From positions 18,970 through 82,969 of IMG/VR virus record IMGVR_UViG_3300046001_006965: a stretch of DNA of 64,000 nt; one strand, given 5' to 3'. The position numbers were made by a program, and so were the translations under genes. Below are positions 56,423 through 64,000 of this stretch, in pieces (the first letter of the stretch is position 1; each line of letters starts with the position of its first letter). This DNA comes from a virus. The notes beneath the pieces were generated by a model, which saw only the letters and a list, made by a program, of their open reading frames with translations, had not been told where the DNA came from and made no database searches.

Positions 56423-56469
56423 TTGCTCCTGAGGCGGGAATCGAACCCGCAAAGCCTTCTTGCTCAGGA
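56423..56469 (-). ncRNA. Armless mini-tRNA-like element
   Basis: TCCTGAG-12nt-GCGGG-TTCGATT-CCCGC-CTCAGGA-G-CAA. Confidence 0.65.
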
Positions 56470-56486
56470 AACCGAATTAACTAACC

Positions 56487-56732
56487 TTATTTTTTGCCTT
56501 CGTCAACCATAAGAAAAAAGTCATTTCTTAGTTTAACGACTGACTGCAGTTTAACTTCAACCTCAAACTCTTCTTTTGAAACTGATTGTTTAATTTGCTC
56601 TGTTGCTTCTTTAACCGCTTTCTCTTGGCTTTTTGCCATTACAATTCCAGAAATAAAACCACCTTTTAGTGATGCTTTTTTTGGGGTTAATTTGTATTTA
56701 ATTTGATACGCATTGTCTTTTAAATCTGCCAT
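56487..56732 (-). CDS. Hypothetical protein
   Basis: 81-aa ORF. Confidence 0.55.
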   Translation of the reverse strand: MADLKDNAYQIKYKLTPKKASLKGGFISGIVMAKSQEKAVKEATEQIKQSVSKEEFEVEVKLQSVVKLRNDFFLMVDEGKK

Positions 56733-56736
56733 TTTT

Positions 56737-56943
56737 CTATACTTTGTAAGTTGCTTTTGTGTGTGTTTTGAATGCCGGGTTTTCTATAACCTGACTTTTA
56801 TACCTTCTGAAGGCTCGGAGCTCATTGTCTGACATATCAGTTCTTGAAATCCAATTATCGTTGGAGTCTTTATAAACTGTGTGGCCATTGACATTATATT
56901 GTTGATGATCTTCCAGTGGGATTATGATTATTATTACGCTCAT
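56737..56943 (-). CDS. Hypothetical protein
   Basis: YNVNG..VYKDSNDNW. Confidence 0.6.
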   Translation of the reverse strand: MSVIIIIIPLEDHQQYNVNGHTVYKDSNDNWISRTDMSDNELRAFRRYKSQVIENPAFKTHTKATYKV

Positions 56944-57062
56944 TTTCGAGTTGTTTAAAAAAGGTTCTTATTTTGAATCGTAGCCAAAGGAGATATTCAA
57001 CAATGGCTTTTCCGTTAAGTACTGCTATCAAAATCATTAATAGCAGTACTGTACTGTGGTCG

Positions 57063-57836
57063 TTACTCGGTTGCAACTTCTGCAGGGATTTTTTCAGTGA
57101 AAAAATCAAACTTATAACCGCTCAAAAAATCTACTGAAGACATTGACAATGGCACGTTTGTTTTGTTGCCTTCCTCGTCAATTAAATTAGCCTCAATGAA
57201 CCAAGATGAGCGCACTGGCTTATAGGCTGCAGCAATGATTTTAACTCCGTCCGTAAACTCTTCATTATTGAAGTCTTTGGTTAGCTGCTGTAGCTCTAGC
57301 ACTCGATTGCCTTTGAGGTTTCCTTTGGCATCTTTTTTCAAGAGGTTAAAAACAACTTTTACAAGCGCGGCGGTTTCCTCATTTGTTGCCAAGGATGAAA
57401 TGTAGTTGTGTACTTTTTCGATTCCTGCAGTTACGGTATCGTCCCAACCGTCGTTTATTCTGTATCCAATTTGTATCTCTTCGCGATCTGTTGAAAAGGT
57501 GTGAGATTGTTGTTTTTCCTTTAGGCCATAAACTTGGTTTTTCAAGTCTAAAATATCTTCAAAGAATTTGAAAGTTTCTGTTTTGGCTTCGCTAATGATT
57601 TCCGAAGCTTTGCACAATTTGAACATTGCTTTTGGCACGGTTTCGGCAACTAGTGCCTTGTAGGTTTCGCGGTCTATCTCTTTTTTTACTTCTAGGCTTG
57701 CTAGTGCTGCTTTTAACTCTTCGGCTGAGAATGAGGCTAATTTTGCTACAGATGCCATTTGGTTCATTACTTCTTTTGTGTTCATAATTATCGGGTCTAT
57801 TACTGTTATTTGATTAATACTCTCCATTTTGTTCAT
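57063..57836 (-). CDS. DUF3164-family protein
   Basis: QQSHTF, LLKKDAKGNL, FTDGVKII. Confidence 0.8.
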   Translation of the reverse strand: MNKMESINQITVIDPIIMNTKEVMNQMASVAKLASFSAEELKAALASLEVKKEIDRETYKALVAETVPKAMFKLCKASEIISEAKTETFKFFEDILDLKNQVYGLKEKQQSHTFSTDREEIQIGYRINDGWDDTVTAGIEKVHNYISSLATNEETAALVKVVFNLLKKDAKGNLKGNRVLELQQLTKDFNNEEFTDGVKIIAAAYKPVRSSWFIEANLIDEEGNKTNVPLSMSSVDFLSGYKFDFFTEKIPAEVATE

Positions 57837-58089
57837 TTACTTCTTTTTGGGTTAGTGGCTTCCAGTTCAGGAGTTCGATGCGCCGTTGTATTTCAGTTAG
57901 TTTATTCTCTACCGTCTCCGGTATGGGTCTTGGTTCTATAAGAGGGAGGTCAAGTTCCCTTAATAATTGGCCTCGCTCCTGGTTAATTAACATCCTGTCC
58001 AGTATTGTGAGTGTTTGTTGCTTTTGGCTTGAGTATTGCAAACACAAGTGAAGGAATGCGAGGCGGGAGTGTATCTCTTCAGTTCTCAT
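57814..58089 (-). CDS. Hypothetical protein
   Basis: Coupled ORF. Confidence 0.55.
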   Translation of the reverse strand: MRTEEIHSRLAFLHLCLQYSSQKQQTLTILDRMLINQERGQLLRELDLPLIEPRPIPETVENKLTEIQRRIELLNWKPLTQKEVNEQNGEY

Positions 58090-58264
58090 TGTTACACTGG
58101 TTTAAGAGTTCTTGTAATTGGCGTTTTTTTGAAAGTAAGCTGACATAAAAAGAGATACTTTTTTCTTTTTTTAGATCTATATCTAGCTTGATAATTTGGC
58201 TTTCAATTTCTAGCCTTACGGCGTGTTTTACATTGTTTTCTGGAAGGTCTAATGTTAGGGGCAT
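58079..58264 (-). CDS. Hypothetical protein
   Basis: Coupled ORF. Confidence 0.45.
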   Translation of the reverse strand: MPLTLDLPENNVKHAVRLEIESQIIKLDIDLKKEKSISFYVSLLSKKRQLQELLNQCNNEN

Positions 58265-58265
58265 A

Positions 58266-58649
58266 TTAATTTTGATTAAAGGTTAGGCTGTGGATTTTTA
58301 CACCGGAGACTTTTAAACCGTTCCCGGATGTTGTTTTCTTGATTTCGTTTAGCAAGACCATTGGGCGGATGTTAAACATTCGATACGTGCATTCTGCGTA
58401 GCATCGTTTATAGTCCTCGGCAATAATGGTGTCGTTATCCTGGTAACGGCTAGTTAGTTGCTCGAAGTCTTTTTCACACTTACCATATTCAGTCATAAAC
58501 CATTTGTTTATGGACGAATTAGCAAGTACTTTTTGAAACTCGTGAGTGTTAATGGTTACGCTTTCGCACCATCTTGCATAGGCCCCGAAGATTAATAGCT
58601 CATACTCTTCAGGAGTCATTTTTAATTTTTGATTGATTGTTGTGGTCAT
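58266..58649 (-). CDS. Hypothetical protein
   Basis: 127-aa ORF. Confidence 0.6.
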   Translation of the reverse strand: MTTTINQKLKMTPEEYELLIFGAYARWCESVTINTHEFQKVLANSSINKWFMTEYGKCEKDFEQLTSRYQDNDTIIAEDYKRCYAECTYRMFNIRPMVLLNEIKKTTSGNGLKVSGVKIHSLTFNQN

Positions 58650-58659
58650 AGCTTTTTTT

Positions 58660-59295
58660 TTAATCTTGTTGTTGTCCTCTTAACTTTTCAAATCCTTCTT
58701 TCCAAATGGTATAAAAGCCTCCATTTGGCCCGATTGTCCTTCCTTTGCAGGCTGCCAAGTATCCTGTTACAAATACTTTTTGTTTGGCATCAAACATTAT
58801 AGATTTTTCAAGTTCCGAGCGTGGGTTGTTCCCTTGGGCGTGACCTGAAATCACTATTATTTTTCGTCTGTACTTCCTTTTGAATTCGAGGTATTGCTCG
58901 AATGATTTAAAGAAGTAAATTCCGCTGTCAATAAACACAACATCGGGAGAGCCACGTTTGTCGAGATACGCGCACATTTGCTCGTAGTCGTAGCTTGATG
59001 CCAAAAAGTTATCTTTGACGTCTGATGTGCCTACGATTTCGTTTCTTTCAATGAAATCTGAGTCATCCGTTTCCTCTTCCAGTAAGTTGTAGAACGTATT
59101 CTGTGTTTTTGAGAACTCCTTTGCCAATTGCAAAAGAAAGGTTGACTTACCGGAGGCACTTGCTCCCCAAACAAACCAAACACCTTTATTTTGCGGTTGT
59201 TTAAAGGCTTCGAACATTTCGCCTTCAAATGGTATCCTTTCAATTTTTTGATTTAGAATATTGGCAACGTTTAGGGCTTTTTTAAGTTTTACCAT
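58660..59295 (-). CDS. RecA/Sms-like P-loop ATPase
   Basis: GASASGKST, VFIDS, ISGH. Confidence 0.8.
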   Translation of the reverse strand: MVKLKKALNVANILNQKIERIPFEGEMFEAFKQPQNKGVWFVWGASASGKSTFLLQLAKEFSKTQNTFYNLLEEETDDSDFIERNEIVGTSDVKDNFLASSYDYEQMCAYLDKRGSPDVVFIDSGIYFFKSFEQYLEFKRKYRRKIIVISGHAQGNNPRSELEKSIMFDAKQKVFVTGYLAACKGRTIGPNGGFYTIWKEGFEKLRGQQQD

Positions 59296-60248
59296 AAAAG
59301 GTTACCCTCTGGAAGGTTCAACACTCTACGAACTAGTCCCATACTTAGTGCCTCGCCTAATCTTTCGGCCTCACGGGTTGCAGGAACAATGATGTCGTGC
59401 AGTTCGCCGTAGTTATCGCAATTTGTAAGTAGAAACTTTTTGAGCTCACGGTCTTCAATATCATCGACAAACAGTTTATAGCTACGGTCGATGTTTGGAA
59501 GCAAACGCAAGCCAAACTTGATGCGGCGGTGGAACTGTGGAATCCCCGATTTATTGCGGCGTTTCAATTTTTCTACATTTTCAACTAATTGGTTGGTTCC
59601 AATGAATACTAGTGAGCAATATTCGTGAAGGTTGTCGTAGAGTTCCTTCATTGCGCAAAGAGCTGCTTGTTTCAAGTACTCTGACTCGTCAATGATTAGC
59701 ATTGGTTTGTGACCGTAGTTTTTAAGCATTGCCATTTTAGAAGCTATCTGACGAATTTTAGTCGATTTAGATCTACCGGTAGCGTGTATTTTCAACTCGT
59801 CGACAATCTTGTCAATAAGGTCAGAAAGCGTGTCACTAGATCCTGCGGTTACAATAAATGTGTCCAATGGATTTTTAGCTGCGAACAAATTAGCAGTGTA
59901 TGATTTGCCGCATCCAGTTTCGCCAATAAGCGTAACGGTTAAGTGGTGGGCTTTTGCGTCTTGTAGGTTTGCAAAGATGGAATTAGCTTGAGCCGTTGGT
60001 TGGGTTTGCCAGTATACTTTCTCGGTTGCGAAACCACAAAGAGTTGCTAAAGCGTTGAAATGTTTTGCGGGGATGAAACCTTGAACGTCGCCAGAACTGT
60101 ACATAAAGTTGCTTTCAGGCTTAAGAATGATTGACACGTATTCTTTTCGAACGCCTGATCTATTAGAGACGTCGGCCTGTGTCATTTTGTGTTCCTGCAT
60201 ATAGGCAGTTAAGGCGTTTAAGATTTCAATTTTGGTAATGTGTTCCAT
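59289..60248 (-). CDS. MuB-like AAA transposition ATPase with N-terminal HTH
   Basis: GETGCGKS, LIIDE; adjacent to the transposase. Confidence 0.85.
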   Translation of the reverse strand: MEHITKIEILNALTAYMQEHKMTQADVSNRSGVRKEYVSIILKPESNFMYSSGDVQGFIPAKHFNALATLCGFATEKVYWQTQPTAQANSIFANLQDAKAHHLTVTLIGETGCGKSYTANLFAAKNPLDTFIVTAGSSDTLSDLIDKIVDELKIHATGRSKSTKIRQIASKMAMLKNYGHKPMLIIDESEYLKQAALCAMKELYDNLHEYCSLVFIGTNQLVENVEKLKRRNKSGIPQFHRRIKFGLRLLPNIDRSYKLFVDDIEDRELKKFLLTNCDNYGELHDIIVPATREAERLGEALSMGLVRRVLNLPEGNLLW

Positions 60249-60253
60249 AAGGT

Positions 60254-62356
60254 TTAGATGTAGTTTGAATAGTCTATTTTTGATTTGTTGAATTCGTCTT
60301 GCTCGCTGCTCCAGTTAGCGTTGAGTTCTTTTTTATCTGAAGTAGCTTGGACTTCGATAAGTTGTTGTGTTTTTGCCTGTAGTCTGTTTTCTGATTTACG
60401 GTCTTTGTGTTGGCCACGGCTATCGGTTAATAAATGTTTAGCAAGCGTGTCATTCAATAGTGGGTTAAGCATTAAATTCTCTACGTGTTGGATGTTACTT
60501 TGGCGTTCGTCCGTGATATATTGCATTACGTTAGAGTTGTAATTTTTTACCTCTGAAAGTTTCAGCGCATCGCCCTCAGTACGTTCTGCGAGTGCCATTG
60601 GTTGGATGTGTTTTTGTTCCAATAGAAATTCGTAGGTTCCTACGATGTCGACTAGCTTTCCGCTTCTTGAATTGGCATTGGTAACCAAGACTTTTGACAA
60701 ATCTTGTGGGTCATATTGAACCGCCCAATCCAAGTGCGCCAATTTTCTGAAATTCAAATCAAATGAGTCATAGGTTAATGTTTGACCGTTGATTGTTGGT
60801 GTTAAACCTTGACCTTGCAGGCGATTTGTGTAGTTTGTTGTTTCGCCTAAATATCTCAAGTACATTGGCAATGATAATTCCGATTTAAACTCTGTAGAAA
60901 CTTCGCTCCATTGGCCTACGTAGGCTTCTTGTTTTTTAGCTCTGTCCATTTCAATAGCTGCTATCAATTGTTGGCGACAACCTTGCTCATCCGGGAATTG
61001 ATTTTTGATTTTGTTCATATACTCGCTGTTTGGTTGCGAGTTGCTTCCAGAGTTCACATTATGACCTGACCAGTTGTCCATCATTTGGCAATACTCTTTA
61101 TTGAATCGGTTAAAAAATGGTTCAATGATTTTTGATTTGGCATTCTTAACCTTTGCGGGTGTGTAATGCACAGAACAGGCCTCATAAAGAGGTTTCAACG
61201 TTGCTTTAGCATAGTTATCAGATTGCAATTGGTAAGGGCGGTAATAGGCCCCGAATAACTCTTGTGAGTGTTGGAAAGCATTACGCATTGCCGATTTAAT
61301 CAAAGCCGGGGTTTCGTGAGTTCCAATAGCATAACCAATGATGTACTTGTTGTATGGATCTACCACCATAACAGCAGTCAAGCGGTTGTGATAAGTTGTA
61401 GTTGAATAACCTTTGGCGTTTGTTTCTGTTTTTTGGTAAAGGAGCTCTGAATCCCAACCGTCAAGTGTCCAGTAAAGCATTGGTTTGCTCGGCGCGGTTC
61501 TTTTGTTTTGCATTAGGACGTTGTTTGAAAGTGCGTTGGCACCTTTACGACCTGCATAGATCACAATGTTGCTATCTTGTTTGCGGTTGGCCACAGTTTG
61601 TGGAGTTATTGTTTTCCAATAAAGGCGTTCCGCTACAGAGTTGTAAATGTTGGCGACTTGTGTGTAATCAAGATTGGTGTGTTTTGCCAATAACTCATCG
61701 ATAAGAGCCATTTGGTCATCGTCTTTAACTTTCGATGCGTTTGAATTTTGTAAACGTCCGGATATAAAAGAAACGTAACCATGCTTCAAGTATTCATTGT
61801 ATCTAATTCGTAAACCTCTGGAAGTTGTTGGCAAATTATGAGTCACCTCACGAAAACAATTCACATCTTTAGACAAACTATCCCACATATCAACTTGAAC
61901 ACCTCCTAGTGCTTTGATGTAAGCTTTGCGATTCGTTTTGCAATTGATTACTGCATTCATCACCGATGCGTTGTAGATATATGTTTCAATAAGTTTTAAA
62001 TCAAGTTTACGATTATCGTCTCCGTAGGTATAGGCGTTATAAAAATCCCAAGCCTTACGGTCTGGCTCATAATGACTGGCAAAAAACGAGCGTTTGATTT
62101 CCGTTTTAGGATTTCCGAATTTTATGGTAAGAGAGTCTTTCCAATCTTGTGAAAGTGAGGAGTGCAACACCAGGGCATCGTAATTTAATGATGCACGGCG
62201 CAGTTGAGACTCGGTGCAGGTTTGAGAAATGACTCTTTTATTCAAAGCATTATAACTGATAACGCCTATTGAATCAGGGTGTGCATTGCGGTCAAAAATC
62301 AGAAACCCGATTTTAACTCCTAGCTTGTTACCGTAATATTCGTATGGATTTTCCAT
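60254..62356 (-). CDS. MuA-like DDE transposase
   Basis: WTLDG (D), QSDN (D), SKIIEPFF (E); 700 aa; first large gene of the early operon. Confidence 0.88.
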   Translation of the reverse strand: MENPYEYYGNKLGVKIGFLIFDRNAHPDSIGVISYNALNKRVISQTCTESQLRRASLNYDALVLHSSLSQDWKDSLTIKFGNPKTEIKRSFFASHYEPDRKAWDFYNAYTYGDDNRKLDLKLIETYIYNASVMNAVINCKTNRKAYIKALGGVQVDMWDSLSKDVNCFREVTHNLPTTSRGLRIRYNEYLKHGYVSFISGRLQNSNASKVKDDDQMALIDELLAKHTNLDYTQVANIYNSVAERLYWKTITPQTVANRKQDSNIVIYAGRKGANALSNNVLMQNKRTAPSKPMLYWTLDGWDSELLYQKTETNAKGYSTTTYHNRLTAVMVVDPYNKYIIGYAIGTHETPALIKSAMRNAFQHSQELFGAYYRPYQLQSDNYAKATLKPLYEACSVHYTPAKVKNAKSKIIEPFFNRFNKEYCQMMDNWSGHNVNSGSNSQPNSEYMNKIKNQFPDEQGCRQQLIAAIEMDRAKKQEAYVGQWSEVSTEFKSELSLPMYLRYLGETTNYTNRLQGQGLTPTINGQTLTYDSFDLNFRKLAHLDWAVQYDPQDLSKVLVTNANSRSGKLVDIVGTYEFLLEQKHIQPMALAERTEGDALKLSEVKNYNSNVMQYITDERQSNIQHVENLMLNPLLNDTLAKHLLTDSRGQHKDRKSENRLQAKTQQLIEVQATSDKKELNANWSSEQDEFNKSKIDYSNYI

Positions 62357-62397
62357 TTGATTTTTTGTTTATTGCCTAACTTAAAACTTGGTTGGTT

Positions 62398-62613
62398 CTA
62401 GCTTAATGACTCCTTGAATTCCTCAATAAGTTTCTGACGATTGTCGTCGATTAGCTTTTCCCTGGTTTCAATTATTTTAGACATTGCCTCGGTAGTTTTT
62501 TCGTCACCTCTTAAAAATCTCATTTTTGAAGTTGTGGAAGGAATGTTGAACATTTTTCCAAGTGTGATGTAATCACCGTATTGCATCTTTTTTTTAATTT
62601 GTTCTAATGTCAT
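62398..62613 (-). CDS. Ner/Cro-like regulator
   Basis: Small ORF divergent from the repressor. Confidence 0.6.
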   Translation of the reverse strand: MTLEQIKKKMQYGDYITLGKMFNIPSTTSKMRFLRGDEKTTEAMSKIIETREKLIDDNRQKLIEEFKESLS

Positions 62614-62729
62614 AGTAATTGAATATTTATATATCTTTGTTTCATTATTGGTACAAATATATAAACTTTGTTTCGATTTAAAATTATAAAATATAAACTA
62701 TTTTTATATTTTATGAAAATAAATTTTAA

Positions 62730-63206
62730 ATGACTAAAATTGAAAGGATTAGAAAACTTTGCAAATGGCTAATATATATTGGCTATGCTGACAATGATGC
62801 TGAGCTGGCATCCAAGTTGGGCTATACAAAGTCTTCCTTTTCGCAAATAATGAATGAAAAGGTACCCTTATCAGATAAATTCATTGATAAGATTTGTGCC
62901 GCCGATAAGAATATAAACAAAGTTTGGATTAATACTGGAAGTGGGGACATACATAATGACGGCATTAATGGATCTATGAACTTAAACGAGCCAACTCCCG
63001 GATATAATACGACCACTACCGAGGTAGTTCACCTGAAAGAAAAATTAAAAATTCAGGAGGAACAGATCCATTGGTTCAAAAATCACATTGAATTTCTTAC
63101 GGAACAATTATCCATAAAAAATGTGCTGGATAAACAAAGGATCCAGGATGTATTTGAAAGAATGAATGAAATTGAGAAGGCCGCTGAAAAAAAATCAGTT
63201 AGATGA
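62730..63206 (+). CDS. HTH repressor
   Basis: ELASKLGYTKSSFSQIMNEK; INKVWINTGSG. Confidence 0.8.
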   Translation: MTKIERIRKLCKWLIYIGYADNDAELASKLGYTKSSFSQIMNEKVPLSDKFIDKICAADKNINKVWINTGSGDIHNDGINGSMNLNEPTPGYNTTTTEVVHLKEKLKIQEEQIHWFKNHIEFLTEQLSIKNVLDKQRIQDVFERMNEIEKAAEKKSVR

Positions 63207-63595
63207 CGGCTCTTCGAGTATTAGCAGCTCTTCTAGGATTTTAATAGATATTTTGCCTTCAATAAATAATTTTTTTAAAAGGCGGATGTACTGGGTTTTT
63301 TTTTGTAGGGTAGGCATTTTTTCTTGGGGGTAAAATATTCTTAGGGTGAGACGATTTTTAGTGGCGCAAATTTATGCCTATTGTTATCAAAGTTTTTACG
63401 GGAAACCTCAAAGAATAGAGGGTTTTTATGAACAATCCGGGAGTTAATTATTTAAATAGCTCATTATTAATTATTTAAATAATTTTATGTATTTTTTATT
63501 TGTATTATGGGGTATTCTAACCCCTTTTTTTTTGCCTTTTTTATAATAATTATGTATTTAGGGGGTGTTTTTTAGCTGTTTTTTATGTATCGTTG

Positions 63596-63630
63596 AGGCT
63601 ACCCATTAGGCTACCCATTAGGCTACCCAA
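63596..63630. repeat. 12-bp tandem repeat, three copies
   Basis: AGGCTACCCATT-AGGCTACCCATT-AGGCTACCCAA. Confidence 0.85.
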
Positions 63631-63816
63631 TACTAAAATAAGTTGTTTTTATCATTTCCTAAATTGTACCGGATAAACATAAAAAAAGCCTCCATAAATG
63701 AGGCTAATTGTGCTTTAAATATCGTTTAAATCCCTTTTAAATGGTAGTTTCACGGGTGTTTCTACCTCTCAATGGTAGATCGTTGCTAATACTGGCTATT
63801 TATTGGCTCTCCGGTA

Positions 63817-63963
63817 GTATATAAATAGAAGTTAATGGTACATAAATGGAAGTTTCGTTTCTGTGCGGTTTTAGACCTTTTTTATTGTGAAGTATTGATT
63901 CTATTGGGTTTTTCGACCTTTTTTATATTGTATTTATTTGGTATGTTTGTTTTGGGGCCTATA
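63817..63963. repeat. Probable Mu-type end with degenerate transposase-binding repeats
   Basis: GTATATAAATAGAAGTT, GTACATAAATGGAAGTTTCGTTTC and GTATTTATTTGGTATGTTTGTTTT. Confidence 0.45.
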
Positions 63964-64000
63964 AATTCTCAATTTTGTAGTAACTCATAACTATTTTCCT

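Larger units (their letters stand above)
30185..63963. mobile_element. Mu-like transposable phage with contractile tail (phage 2); left boundary not found
   Basis: MuA, MuB, DUF3164, DUF935 portal, MuF, gp36, sheath and baseplate. Confidence 0.88.

Noticed and set aside
63596-63630. Possible CRISPR mini-array
   Set aside because: The repeats are 12 bp and contiguous, with no spacers and no cas genes.
1-64000. Genome-wide stop-codon reassignment
   Set aside because: Core genes translate full length in the standard code, and all three stop codons terminate genes.

Overview
This AT-rich window contains only phage-like DNA, probably from a Flavobacterium/Bacteroidota host (TAnnTTTG promoters, Bacteroidota-type gene families). 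It holds two unrelated temperate phages fused with no visible boundary. Phage 1 (1 to ~29-33 kb) uses a tyrosine integrase. It carries an SPP1-type portal (truncated at the window edge), PBSX-type TerL, two tRNA-like genes, ParB-methyltransferase, ASCH, its own DnaN clamp, PcfJ and PcfK/AcrIIA9-like genes, a replication initiator with iterons, a helicase, a RecT/MBL/SbcC-like recombination module and a cro/cI switch. It also has an apparently intact attP (3' half of tRNA-Met flanked by arm repeats), the integrase and a lysis cassette. Phage 2 (~30-64 kb) is a Mu-like transposable phage with a contractile tail. It has tail fibres, baseplate, tape measure, sheath and tube, a second lysis cassette, capsid and protease, terminases, portal, MuF, early genes, MuB, MuA, a repressor and a probable end near 63.95 kb. 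The strongest leads are: (1) a slippery site plus hairpin predicting a -1 frameshift that fuses portal to MuF; (2) two covarying kissing-loop leader RNAs behind a four-copy 35-bp operator; (3) an Ala-identity tRNA mimic with no anticodon arm and an armless mini-tRNA; (4) the seamless fusion of the two phages around an intact attP; (5) an identical 19-bp site downstream of both repressors. All protein calls come from motifs and gene order; no database searches were run.
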